Below, one piece after another: positions 23,958 to 36,400 of a stretch of 64,000 bases of DNA (its first letter is position 1; each line of letters begins with the position of its first letter). Source of the stretch: Macrostomum hystrix (lineage: Eukaryota; Animalia; Platyhelminthes); the NCBI GenBank assembly GCA_950097015.1, contig CATNEN010000026.1, positions 62,001 to 126,000 of the forward strand. Reading direction: 5' to 3'. The position numbers were made by a program, and so were the translations under genes. The notes beneath the pieces are model-generated. The model was not told where the DNA came from. It worked only from the letters and a program-made list of their open reading frames with translations, and searched no databases.

Positions 23958-25472
23958 ATGGAGCAGCAGCGACAGCAGCAACCTGGTCGAGCTCAGGCCA
24001 CCTTCGACTATGGCCAAGAACAGCAACAGCAGCAGCAGCTGCAGCAACCTCAGCAGAAGCCGCAGTACGGCACCTTCGATCCGGACATGGACATCCCCAT
24101 GGAACAGCAGACCTATCAGCAGCCGCAGCCGCCGCGCCGTCCACCAACTGCCAGCGTCACTATCAGTAGCGCCGGCAGCGGCAGCGGCGGGAGTCGTAAG
24201 CCAGGCGGCGGCAGCTCGCGCAGCGGCGGGGACGGCGGTCCGCCCTACGTGCCGCTGCAGGAGCAGCAGACTCAGGTGCAGGAGCCGCAGAAGGTAGTCG
24301 ACGAAGAGGGCTACCGCGCCTGGCTAACCGTGACCTTCAAGCATCATTTCGAGCCGTTCGAGCCTCACGGCGGAATGCCTGTACACGAATTCAGCGAGCT
24401 CATTAAAAATCATGACCTAGGTCGCAAGCAGAAACTGAATAGCCTGTTCAAACAGCTCGATCGAGACGGCAATCAACGAGTGTCCTGGAGTGAATTCTAC
24501 AACGGTATGAAGTACACAAAAAAGAGCGAAGTGCGACGTCGGGAGCGAGCCATCAACAAGATTATTAAAAAGCTGACACCGGCCGCTAAAAGAAAGGTGC
24601 GCGAAACTAAGAAGGAGGCCAACAAAGAAGGTGAACCAATTCCTGAGGAGTCCTACCTGGAGGCCTACAACTGTCGCCCGCCGCCAATCTTCATACCGCT
24701 GCTATTCCTCATCATCTGGATCTTCTTCATCGTGTACGCTGTCCAGCTGAACCGCGGACCAAAATGGAATCACGTCGGCTGGGAGACCGGCCTGCCCTAC
24801 TACAGTCCGCTAGTGTTCTGTCCCAGCGTGCGTCAACAGGCCTGGCGCTACATCAGCTACATGTTCCTGCACGACGGCTATCATCACATTGTGTTCAATA
24901 CCATAGTGGGCCTAATTCTAGGCGTTCCCCTAGAAACTGTGCACAAGGTTTGGCGCGTCGGTCCCGTATTCCTTGTCGGCGTGCTGGCCGGAGCTCTAGC
25001 CAGCAGTATCATCGATCCAAAAACGGCAATGGTAGGAGCCTCCGGCGGTGTCTACTCCCTGATTGGCGCCCACTACGCCACCGTACTAATGAACTGGGAA
25101 GAGCTGCAAAGCGATTGGCTGAAGTGTCGCAGCAATCCGCTGAAATTTCTACTCAGCGGAGTCATGACCCTGGTCTACCTGACGCTGTTCGTTGGCGTGG
25201 ATTTCGGCCTTGCGGCCTACAGACGCTACGCCCTGCCACTCAAGGTGCCGATGAGCATCTCGGCTCACGTCGGCGGCATGCTGGCCGGCCTACTAATCGG
25301 CACACCAGTACTGCGCAACATCGACAAGAAGCCCTGGGAGGGCGTTGTTGCGATTGTGGCCATTGTGGCCGCCTCCATCATGCTACTGTTTGGCATATTG
25401 TGGAACATATTCTATCACGGCTATCCAAAATGGGAGGACATTGCCTGCTCCAATCCTAGCATTGTTGAATGA
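23958..25472 (+). CDS. Active rhomboid intramembrane serine protease with an N-terminal EF-hand (RHBDL1/3 or Rho-4 type); intronless CDS of ~504 aa
   Basis: EF-hand loop DRDGNQRVSWSEF, NCRPPP, QAWRYISYMFLH...HIVFN, catalytic GASGG serine and SAHVGG histidine, and several TM helices. The ATG follows the acceptor TCTCAG at 23946. Confidence 0.93.
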   Translation: MEQQRQQQPGRAQATFDYGQEQQQQQQLQQPQQKPQYGTFDPDMDIPMEQQTYQQPQPPRRPPTASVTISSAGSGSGGSRKPGGGSSRSGGDGGPPYVPLQEQQTQVQEPQKVVDEEGYRAWLTVTFKHHFEPFEPHGGMPVHEFSELIKNHDLGRKQKLNSLFKQLDRDGNQRVSWSEFYNGMKYTKKSEVRRRERAINKIIKKLTPAAKRKVRETKKEANKEGEPIPEESYLEAYNCRPPPIFIPLLFLIIWIFFIVYAVQLNRGPKWNHVGWETGLPYYSPLVFCPSVRQQAWRYISYMFLHDGYHHIVFNTIVGLILGVPLETVHKVWRVGPVFLVGVLAGALASSIIDPKTAMVGASGGVYSLIGAHYATVLMNWEELQSDWLKCRSNPLKFLLSGVMTLVYLTLFVGVDFGLAAYRRYALPLKVPMSISAHVGGMLAGLLIGTPVLRNIDKKPWEGVVAIVAIVAASIMLLFGILWNIFYHGYPKWEDIACSNPSIVE

Positions 25473-26057
25473 CCAGGACTTGCGCTGCACTGAGCTGATG
25501 CTAAATTACTACTGCAAAATCTGTTAGACACCAAATCAATCTAAATTTTTTGTTGCTATCCCTCAGTTTTTATAGATAAAAATAACACAGCAAAGCTAAT
25601 ACGAACCGTAGTTACTTGGTTTGAGGTTTGTGTCTAAATAATTAAATAGCCAATACTCGTACTGAAAAACTAGCTTGCCAACATGGAAATACCTGAGTAC
25701 TGCATCACTCTCATATACTACGATGAGTTTTTTTCCCATCCTAAGTATTACCCTAGCGTTGAAAATCAAAAAGCATATTAAATTAGTAATAACTTGAGAA
25801 CGTACTTTATTGTTAAAATCAATATTTTTACTTTCTATTTCTTTATTGTCAATAATAGATGTGTCAGTAAATTCGGGTTCCTATGAACACAGGAAAGTAG
25901 ACTGGTATTATAGTAAGAAAAAATAATTCTAGAAAATCAAAACAGACCCAATAAAAAATGGGGGTTCAAAGCTGATAATGCTACTAGTAATAAAAAATAA
26001 AATGTTATCAAAACAGTGACTTTATAGAAACACTTGTTGTCATAGCAACACAGGGAT

Positions 26058-26711
26058 CTAGGTCGGGCCCAGGTCGCTGATGGCACTGCTCCCGAAGTCA
26101 ACAGAACGAAATGTGAAATCAAATGCGACACTGGGCCTAACTTGTTCAAACATAAATACGTTTGCAAATGAGCGCCTAACAGAGGAATCAGACAAGGAAA
26201 CAGGCGAGGAAACAGACGAGGCATTAGAAGCAACTGGAACGGCCGCAGCAGCAGCAGCACCGCGAAGAGCTTCAAGAATGTAGTCAGCCGACTGGCTTTG
26301 GCCATCTTCGATCAGCGGGTTGAGTCTGGCAATTGGCCAGAACGCCTGTCGGCCGTGGGCGCACTGAAACGGCGCCGCGCAATGCCTCAGCAGGCCGAGC
26401 AATTCGGCGCACTCGCTGCGTCGCAGCCTGTCACCAAATCTGATGGCGGCTCGGCAGCTGGCGCTCTGAAGCCTGGCCCGGCTACACTGGCGACGGCGCG
26501 GATGTCGCGCCCAGCGTTTGGCCAGGTGCTCCAGGAGGACTCGCTCGTGCACAGCGTGCTGATCGAAGCCGGCTAGGAGTAGGTGGCGCTGCTGTTGTTG
26601 CCATTTTGGCTGACAGATAGTCAGGATGACCTTGGCATCCCATTGGCCAACAACGCGGCTAGCTGGCAGATCAGCAGGGGCCACGCATATGCTGGTAAGG
26701 CTGGTGCTGAG
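26058..26711 (-). CDS. MLH3: MLH3-type MutL C-terminal endonuclease domain (terminal exon, 217 aa); upstream exons not found
   Basis: VVGQWDAKVI, the metal-binding DQHAVHERVLLE (DQHAxxExxxxE), ACRAAIRFGD and FQCAHGR. The acceptor AATCTTCAG precedes 26711. Confidence 0.88.
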   Translation of the reverse strand, partial: LSTSLTSICVAPADLPASRVVGQWDAKVILTICQPKWQQQQRHLLLAGFDQHAVHERVLLEHLAKRWARHPRRRQCSRARLQSASCRAAIRFGDRLRRSECAELLGLLRHCAAPFQCAHGRQAFWPIARLNPLIEDGQSQSADYILEALRGAAAAAAVPVASNASSVSSPVSLSDSSVRRSFANVFMFEQVRPSVAFDFTFRSVDFGSSAISDLGPT

Positions 26712-27879
26712 CTGAAGATTAAATTAAATCCATAAATTAAGATTTACTTAGTGAAAATAATATAGAGCCCCCATGGTTCAAAGGTATTAAACAAAGGCTT
26801 CTTTTTTCTTTTTTGTCATAGTCTACTTGTGCAAAACTCGTGCAGAACCTGATGGAATGGAAAGACTGACTATTAAAATACATATGCACAAATAGCATTT
26901 AGTTATAAACTAGCCCATATTGATGATGCAAAACATAAAAACCATGCTTTGATAGTAAAGAAAGATGAGAAAAAAGGTAAGAAAGATAAGATAACACTAA
27001 TATATTGATATTTAAATCAACAATTTTGCTTTTAAGTTAAACATTAACACCAACATAAACTATTTTACACTTTAAACAACATATAATTTATGACTCATAT
27101 TTCTATTACATACTAGAGTATACATATTAAAAAAAACTCTGTCAAAACTCATTATTTTTGCAAAAGCTATTTTCTAGGAACCCAATCTTAAAATCTTGTC
27201 AATTTTAATTTTTTTATTCCAAGTCTTTCTTTGAATAATATGAAATGGAAAAGTAATTATATATTATTATATAAATGTTCATTGAAAAACAAGAAAATAA
27301 CTATTGTAAAATAACATATTCCATGATTGATATATTTTTGTAATTTAACGATACTTATAAATTAGATGTAAGGACGTTAGCTGACAGGCAAGTTAAATAA
27401 ATACCGAAAAACATATTGTTTTTACCTTCGATTTACGAGTAATAAATAAAAGTAAGTTCTTAAAATCTATTTTCTTGGATCCAGAACAGTACTTGTTTTT
27501 TTCTAAGCAAATCTTACATTTGACTTCATTGGAAAGAATGACAAAAATGCTTAAAGTCAGAACTTCCTGGTTTTCGATCAGGAACCGTTTCACAGAAAGC
27601 GGTAGCATTTGAAATTGCTACTATTAAATAACAAAAGCATTCATTAAGTGTCCTCTTAAGTATTTAATTTAATCTGTAGACATCTCAGAAGACACTTCAG
27701 TAGGTATTTCAGAAAAACCTTTTTGACATAGTTTTGTCTAGAATCTAAACAAGCTTTCGAGTCCTTAGAAGCGGAGATGCATTTTATTTCAACAGTTATT
27801 TATTAATTATTTAATAAATGCTTTCCGCATGCGCAAATATTCTCAATCTCACCATTTTTGTAATCGCTATTGTTTCAGT

Positions 27880-29822
27880 ATGTGTGCTGAGTATCTTGAA
27901 CTAGATCACCTGCGCTCAGTTGTTGCTCACGAAAGAAAATTTCGGTAGGACATGTTTTTACAGTTCACTGCGATTGCCGATTACACATTACACTTACTTA
28001 ATAAGTATTAGCTGATATCTATGAATGCATTAGGTCAATATGCTCTTACCAAGTTTCATGTCTGACAAAAGGCCAGAATTTAAGATTTAGCATTTTGAAT
28101 ATGGGTTTTAATGAAATGTTTTGCGTAAAAAAACTTTTTTTATGATCCCAAATCATAAAGCTGAGTTCTTAAAAATATATAATCCGTTTTCTTTCTGTCT
28201 GTATAAACATACTGAAATCTACAGTTCACTAAAACAGATCGGCGTAGTTGGTTAGGGGAAATTTTAAACTTTTTTTTCTAAAATATCTGCAGCTCCAGTA
28301 GCTAAGAGATATAAATACAATAGTACAATACTAAGATCTATTATGCTGCCTTCAAGTTTCTGTTTATGTATTAAGATGCAGTTCCCCACTGCATCTTAAC
28401 AAGTATCTCTGAGTCTCTGACTCTGCATCTCTGACTTGCAAACCTGTATATTAATCTTTGTTCAGAGACACTCTTGGTGAGTACTGCAACGAGCTTGAGG
28501 TGGCCATCGCTGAACTTGATGAGCAAAAGCAAAAAAAGGATGAGCAAAGTAAGTTATGTTTTAGTTAAAAAGAGACATTCCAATTAAAACGACAAAATCG
28601 ATTTTCTGTAACAAATGTAAGGGAAACATTTTTTGAATAATTTATAGACAGCGAGTGGAAGACGCGTTTTGAGATACAACAAGAGATTAACGAGCAGCTG
28701 AGAATGCAGGGAGCAACATTGCAAGCAAAGGTGGCTAACGCGGCAGCCAAATCTCAAGCATGTAAGCGAAAAAACACTGATGGTTAGCTTCTACTCGACT
28801 ATATTGAAGCAGCAAGAAAATTTGCGACCTAAATTTTCAGTCCAGAGGATCTCCCGCGCGAACGCATCGCCGTCAGAGTTCGGCGCAGAAGTGACAGCCG
28901 CTATGCTTGCTGCTCTGGAAGCTGAGAAGCGCGCTCTGACCAATCAGCTTTTGAATTTCGAAATGCGAATCGACCAGGAAGCAAAGGTTATTTTAGTAAC
29001 TCTAAAAAATGCAGAGTGTTAGCTACCCGCCCAGTGGTCATTAAGCCATTGCTTCAGACCCTTCGCTCAATCACTCTCCCACTCTCCATGCATGCAGGCA
29101 TTCCACAAGGCCAACGAAGAGCGCAAAGCAGTTCAGCTTGACGTCGGCGCCGTCAACGCCCGGTTGAGCGCGCTGAAAACCAACCAGGCCGATCACGTGA
29201 CCGCGGCCGAACCAGTCGACCGCGAGTCATCGCGAGGAAAAGTCGGCGACCTCAGAGGCGGCGTTATCGGCGGAGGCGTTGGGCTGAAGTGAGTTTGAAA
29301 TTTAACTGTTCCCCTAAAAAGCCACATATAATGGTGCTCACTGAATTCCTAATTTGCGTTAATTCCTCCAATCAGAAAGAAATAATAATAAGAGGTTGCA
29401 GCCTTGTGGTTAGAGCGTCGGACTCACGACTTGAAGGTCGGGGGTTCGAACCCTGACTCAACTGGAAAATTTTTTGTCCTATGTCAAGACACTTAACTCT
29501 GAATTGCTACAATTCACCCAGCTGTTAAATGGGTGCCAGCATTAGCTGGGGTAATTTAGGGTGGGTGTGGCGTCCCCCCAGTCCATGGACTGAAAAGCTG
29601 TACGCAGCTTTCAGATGCACCACGCTATAGCTGCGGCTGTGCTGTCGGCTGCACATGTGTCCCAATTGGGGCAGGTGTCATCAATTATTAATTATTATGA
29701 ATTCCTAATTAGCTTGAATTCCTCCAATCAGAAATATTCCAGCAAATCAGCGCGTCCTGGATCCGAAGATGGGTCCGATCCGAAGAACGGCCGCGGTAAG
29801 GCAGCTCCCGCCTTTGCCTTAA
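27880..29822 (+). CDS. CCDC169: CCDC169-like coiled-coil protein. Exons 27880-27944, 28466-28548, 28648-28761, 28841-28986, 29098-29288, 29732-29822; 229 aa.
   Basis: All six exons join in phase. SEWKTRFEIQQEINEQL, DQEAKAFHKANEERK and RVLDPKMGPIRRTAAVRQLP match CCDC169 as I recall it. Confidence 0.82.
29392..29697 (+). mobile_element. Full-length tRNA-derived SINE in the last CCDC169 intron
   Basis: A-box TGGTTAGAGCG, B-box GGTTCGAACCC (29443-29453), central CAAGACACTTAAC...CACCCAGCTGTTAAATGGGTGCC domain and (ATT)n-like tail. Flanked by a 37-bp direct repeat. Confidence 0.85.
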
Positions 29823-29925
29823 TCTGGACTAATCTATCATATTTCGGCGCAAGACCCGTTGTGCTATTAGAATGCTTAGGTTATTTTTCTGTTTGTTGAT
29901 ACAAAATGACAATATTCGTATCATA

Positions 29926-29963
29926 CTACATACATACATACATACATACATACATACATACAT
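29926..29963. repeat. (TACA)n microsatellite
   Basis: Directly visible. Confidence 0.9.
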
Positions 29964-30669
29964 ACTACTACTCGTTCAACTTCCCTAATCTTTGATCATA
30001 ATTTTCTTCCTGCAATACTCGTATAGCTTCCATATTTTGATTCCCATATTTATGCAATTTGCAATGCAAATATTTATCCCTAAAATTCCGATAACCAATT
30101 TTTTGGCCAGTTTTGTTGGTATAAAAATTTGTATTTATTACCAAGTGTGCAATTTAATTTCATATAATTTTTCCAATATTTAATTTCTATTGTAGCAGTA
30201 GTCAATAAATTTTTAGTGATCCAACGATATATTTCTTTTGTGATACATTTCCAGTTTTAGTTTTGAGAGTCAGCAATAAAATTGTTGTTTCGATAAAGTC
30301 TTCGACTTACTTACTTAAGTCAACTGAAAGTCAACTAACTCATTAAGGCCGCTTTGTGCAAAAATTTTGTTAATTTAGTTAGCACAGTTTAGGCACGAAT
30401 TCAAACTTAACCGTTTATATATTTATTGATTATGAATTATCTGGCTAACCAGATAACACTATATTAGCGCCAGGTTGAGATTTAGTCTATTAGGCCCTAT
30501 AAATTATGTGTCGCTTTCTGTGCTTCACAAATAAAATTATCAGAAAGCTGTGAAGTCAGCTAATTTCTCCAGCCTTCTTTTTCGACAACCCGACAAAGGA
30601 GAAAGCTTAAGGATCTCCATCTTTGGCTAACAGGATTTGCCTTAAGTTGTGCATCGCTCCACATCTCCT

Positions 30670-31720
30670 ATAGCCTCCTCATGTCTCACAATGGACTCAC
30701 AGCCTCCTCATCTCTCACAATCAACTCACAGCCTCCTCATCTCTCACAATCAACTCACAGCCTCCTCATCTCTCCCAATGGACTCACAGCCTCCTCATCT
30801 ATCAAAATGGACTCACAGCCTCCTCATCTCTCACAAACAACTCACAGCCTCCTCATCTATCAAAATGGACTCACAGCCTCCTCATCTCTCCCAATGGATT
30901 CACAGCCTCCTCATCTCTCACAATCAACTCACAGCCTCCTCATCTATCAAAATGGACTCACAGCCTCCTCATCTCTCACAATCAACTCACAGCCTCCTCA
31001 TCTCTCACAATCAACTCACAGCCTCCTCATCTCTCACAATCAACTCACAGCCTCCTCATCTCTCACAATCAACTCACAGCCTCCTCATCTCTCACAATCA
31101 ACTCACAGCCTCCTCATCTATCAAAATGGACTCACAGCCTCCTCATCTCTCACAATCAACTCACAGCCTCCTCATCTATCACAATGGACTCACAGCCTCC
31201 TCATCTCTCACAATCAACTCACAGCCTCCTCATCTCTCACAATCAACTCACAGCCTCCTCATCTCTCACAATCAACTCACAGCCTCCTCATCTATCACAA
31301 TGGACTCACAGCCTCCTCATCTCTCACAATCAACTCACAGCCTCCTCATCTCTCACAATCAACTCACAGCCTCCTCATCTCTCACAATCAACTCACAGCC
31401 TCCTCATCTCTCACAATCAACTCACAGCCTCCTCATCTCTCACAATCAACTCACAGCCTCCTCATCTATCAAAATGGACTCACAGCCTCCTCATCTCTCA
31501 CAATCAACTCACAGCCTCCTCATCTCTCACAATCAACTCACAGCCTCCTCATCTCTCACAATCAACTCACAGCCTCCTCATCTCTCACAATCAACTCACA
31601 GCCTCCTCATCTCTCACAATCAACTCACAGCCTCCTCATCTATCAAACTGGACTCACAGCCTCCTCATCTCTCCCAATGGATTCACAGCCTCTTGATCTA
31701 TCACAATGAACTCACAGCCT
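30670..31720. repeat. 29-bp tandem array (ACTCACAGCCTCCTCATCTCTCACAATCA)
   Basis: ~36 copies; period 29. It produces the spurious ORFs at 30649-31755. Confidence 0.95.
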
Positions 31721-32259
31721 CCTTATCTCTTATTATTGATTTGCAAACTGGCTAATGAAAAATGAATTCAATACATTAGAGCAATGGGCAATATACTCGT
31801 ACTTAATTAATTAAACTAATTTTTAGTCTGGACAGCTCCTAAGATAGGAAGTTAAGGCGAATCAGATGGTGCTATCAAACGCTGCTAGTTTAAGGTTCAT
31901 ATCGATGCTATGCTTTAGATACGAGCTATTTAAGCTTCGAATATAAATCTATGAGTATATATTATATTTAGATTTCAGCTTAATCGATACAAATTATTAA
32001 GCGTATTTCTGTGTGATATTTGAAAAATCTAAAATCAATGCTCAACGCGAAGTGATTTCACTTTCTTGTGCGTCAAATAGTTTAGTACATATAGGATGCA
32101 CATTACATACAAAAAGATAATATAATAATTTTAAGGTGCTTAAGCTGAAATGAATCTATAGTTGCAAAAAACACAAAAATATTGGCGGGACCAAACACTC
32201 AATTGGAAAATGGGGCAGCACAGTTTTAAAACATTATTTAGCTAAAGTGACACGAATAC

Positions 32260-32715
32260 ATGCGGGCGAACATTGTTGTGACGAACAACAATTCGCTCAC
32301 CACCCGCCAACTTTCCAACGCCCTCCACACCGCTTGCGTGCAGAAACGCCTGCTGGACCGGCAACCAAACCGGGTCCTCGGTGCGCCACCGCCTGTGATT
32401 GACGCTTCCGAGACGCAGTTGCCGCGCTTCGCCCGGGCCACGCTAGCCCAACTCCTGTCGGGTTTCTGCCTTCACCTGGCCAGTTACAAGCACCGCCTCG
32501 ACCAGGAGTCGCCTGCCACCTGCCCGCCATGCCACGGCGAGGAAGAGTCGGTCACGCATCTGTTTGCTTGCCCGGCTCGTCCCACCTCGCTCGTCCCGCG
32601 GGATCTCTGGTCCCAGCCCAAGATCGCCTGGGCCCTCTTCGCCGAGCTTTTCCCAGGAGCAGGTACTGGCCCTGGCCCGCCGAGCCAAGGTTAACACATA
32701 CACACGAACAACAAT
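32260..32715 (+). mobile_element. 5'-truncated non-LTR retrotransposon (3' end of the RT ORF with its C-terminal cysteine motif)
   Basis: LPRFARATLAQLLSG...CPPCHGEEESVTHLFACP...DLW is the typical post-RT C-terminal region. It is followed by a short AC/AAC-rich tail. Confidence 0.75.
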
Positions 32716-33422
32716 CTACATAATAGGAATCGACATGAGATTCTTCCCATGGCCGCATCTCAAATCCCATTTCTCAAGCTGGATACTGTCAGTGATAATG
32801 TGTGTGGGATCTGGGATACCGTCAGTGATAATGTGTGTGGGATCTGGGATGTTGTAAGTGATAATGTGTGGCTTCAGTGGGATCTGGGATGGTGTATTGT
32901 AATCTGAAATGCGGCAAATTATCGAAATCTTACAGAAATTTCAACAGTTAGTGGTGACGAGAACAGTTGGTTTGTGGAGCAAGACAGGTGGACAAGTGGA
33001 CATGAGAAACAAAATTGTGTCTTTTCGCTTTGTTTTCGGAAAGCCACGAACTCCGAAGTAAAAAATAATTGTTTATCTTAAAAAAATCAATCACTAAAAG
33101 ACAAGAAGGGCGCCGTTGTCGATAAAAAAGATTGGGAATTTGATATAGTTCAGTGATTAGTTAGAGAAGAGACAGACAGACAGAGGGACAGAGGAAAAGC
33201 AGGCATTGAATGATTGAAAAAATAACTAGTTGGTACAAATTAGACATCTGCTTTCACAAAATATACTACACTGACTCTACTACAGATTGTTTTGCGAGGT
33301 GTTGGGGGGGAATACGATTCAGATACGAATGACGATACCAGAAGGTGTGGCTTGCGGGCGGGCGGGGTTCGCTGGTGTGGCATCCAGGGTTAGGGGGTAG
33401 TTAGGCCATAGACCAAGCCAGT

Positions 33423-36400
33423 TCAGGTTGGGTTTAGTTTAGAATCTGACCGACTCTTGCTCTTCTTGGTGCTGAAGATGCTCTGCAGGCTGAAGTTTAG
33501 GCCGGACTTCTTCTTGGCGATGCCGTGGCTGGAGCCTGAGGCGGCACCGCCATCTTGATCGTAGCTGCTGCTGGAACCGACCTCCGAGTGCACTTTCTTT
33601 AGCTCCTGCGAATGGGTGCCAGGTGGCTTTCGTGAGACTGCTGATAATCTCATTAATTCCTTCAGTTATCTGCTGATAATCTCATTCATTCCGTCAGTTA
33701 TCTGCTGATAATCTCATTCATTCCGTCAGTTATCTGCTGATAATCTCATTCATTCCTTCAGTTATCTGCTGATAATCTCATTAATTCCTTCAGTTATCTG
33801 CTGATAGTCTCATTCATTCCGTCAGTATCAGCTGATAATCACATTCATTCCGTCAGTTATCTGCTGATAATCTCATTCATTCCTTCAGTTATCTGCTGAT
33901 AATCTCATTCATTCCGTCAGTTATCTGCTGATGAAAAATTATGCCTATCTGGATGGTTTTTGCTACCGTTGAATGTTGTTGAATCGTTGAATATCTAGAC
34001 GATGACAATGTTTTGTGATTCCGTAGTTGTTTCCTAGGATAATGAGGAAAATGTTAGTGTATGTTCTGGATTTTCATAGGATTGGTTGCATATTTAGGAT
34101 GAAAAATGCTATGTGGATATTTCTAGAACCCAGTTATCTTTCTACTGTTGATTTCTGAAAGCTGATATTAGATAATCTCTTGATATACTTAGACCAGATA
34201 ATTTATCCACATATTTTTGTGACCAAAAAAAGTTTTTTTCGTGTTTTCTCCATTTACCCTTGAAGCAATGTTTGTGAGCAGCATAAGCATTTCTCATCTC
34301 TCAGAATTCATTATCATAATGCGACTGACTGCGAGTGCAAAATCGGCTGCTGCCTATACTATGGGCCGTTATAAAAGGCCAGCTCATTCTCTATCCGCCT
34401 CTTTTCTCCCATCTCCGCTCTCTCTCCCGCTTTTCCTCTTTCTTGACTCTCCCGCACCCACCTCCCTCCGCCCGTCTCCGGGTGGTAATTCTCGCCCTTT
34501 CTCTCCCCCCGCTTCACTCATTTGGCGAGTAGCGACCGCAGCGCCTCTCTGCCCCGCCAAACACACGCAGCAAATGCAGATCGATATGAATAGCAAACAG
34601 TAGGCAGAAGCAGCTGCATCAGCAGCAGCAGCAGCAGTCCCCTTCGGCTGTTTCTATTCGCGACCCGCCTCCAGTCGTCAGTTGAGTTTTCTCTCCCTAG
34701 ATTTTCAATGCCTCGGCTGAGTGGTTGACAATGTCTGCACTCTGTCTGTCTCTCTCTCCTCTTTCCCTCCCGTCTCCGCCTGCCTCCGGAAATGGCGAAA
34801 GTCGCGTCGGAAAGTTCCAGAAAACTAATAAATAAATCTAAGCAAAAATATATCTGGACCAGACATATTTTCTGCGGTTATCTACGATGAGTATAAAGTG
34901 CTGAGCTATTTCAGTGACTGAGCTACAATAGAGACTGTCATGACGCAGCATTGCCATAGATAATCATGACGCTGCAATAATGGACTATCATGACGCTGCA
35001 ATACAATGGACTATCATGACGCTGCAATACAATCGACTATCATGATGTTGCAATACCATAGAATATCATGACGTTTCAATACCATAGACTATCATGATGT
35101 TGCAATACCATAGACTATCATGACGCTGCAATACAATGGACTATCATGACGCTGCAATACCATAGAATATCATGACGTTGCAATACCATAGACTATCATG
35201 ACGTTTCAATACCATAGACTATCATGACGCTGCAATACAATCGACTATCATGATGTTGCAATACCATAGAATATCATGACGTTTCAATACCATAGACTAT
35301 CATGATGTTGCAATACCATAGACTATCATGACACTGCAATACAATCGACTATCATGATGTTGCAATACCATAGAATATCATGACGTTTCAATACCATAGA
35401 CTATCATGATGTTGCAATACCATAGAATATCATGACGTTGCAATACCTGCATAGACTATCATGATGTTACAATACCATAGACTATCATGATGTTGCAATA
35501 CCATAGACTATCATGATGTTGCAATACCATAGACTATCATGATGTTGCAATACCATAGACTATCATGATGTTGCAATACCATAGACTATCATGATGTTGC
35601 AATACCATAGAATATCATGACGTTGCAATACCATAGACTATCATGATATTGCAATACCATAGACTATCATGATTTCGCAATGCCATAGACTGGCTACAAT
35701 TGTCAATTGTGGCTACAATTGACCGTAAATCAGGGTACGCACTTGATTGAAAGATACTAAATCATTTCGAGCGATGCATAACAGAGGTGACTTACTTTAT
35801 TGGCTCGATCTGCGCTCAGTCCGTCCGCAGTGTCCCCCGCAGCAGCAGCAGCAGCTGCAGCCGCCGCCTCCGCGTCTGGGCAGGAGTTCTTCCTCTCCCT
35901 GGACGATTGAGGCCGTGGAAGGGTTTCGGTCTCGGCGCGAGATTTTCGTGACTTGCTGCTGCCGAAGCTGAGCTTGCCTCTGCAGAAACAAGAAGCAAGA
36001 TTAGCACTTTTATGTTGACTTTCTTTAAGCAGTGATGCCATCGGAAACTGGGATAACCTGTAACTGGGATAACATGTAACTGGGATAACCTGTGACTGGG
36101 ATAACCTGTGACTGGGATAACCTGTGACTGGGATAACCTGTAACTGGGATATCCTTTAACTGTAACGTAGATAAGAAGTATATCAAATACTAATTAATTT
36201 GGATAATTGGTAGCTATGATCACAGGTAATAGTTTGGCCAAGATCGCGATATAATCTAATCTTTATAAGCTTAGTACACTGGGGTCTTAGCTTAAATAAG
36301 TTCAGCATTCCTCAGAGAATAAATTTATCCAACTTAAACTTCGGGATAGAAAAAAGGCATTAGTTCCACGAAGGCTTGTTCCGTGGAACAAGAAACAAAT

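Noticed and set aside
26821-26868. Plus-strand acceptor followed by STCAKLVQNLMEWKD*
   Set aside because: No upstream donor or gene to attach it to (rhomboid has its own stop), and it is on the wrong strand for MLH3.
29392-29460. tRNA gene (and similarly at 23030-23091)
   Set aside because: A and B boxes are present but there is no complete cloverleaf or acceptor stem. The sequence continues into a SINE body and tail.
30540-30663. Minus-strand acceptor (CTATAG) next to the 29-bp array as an extra RhoGEF or MLH3 exon
   Set aside because: All frames stop within 35 codons and show no homology I recognise. RhoGEF can terminate at 33423.
33637-33650. RhoGEF acceptor supplied by the last unit of the 32-bp array
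   Set aside because: It is out of phase with the upstream donor at 35795. The phase-0 acceptor before 33605 fits better.
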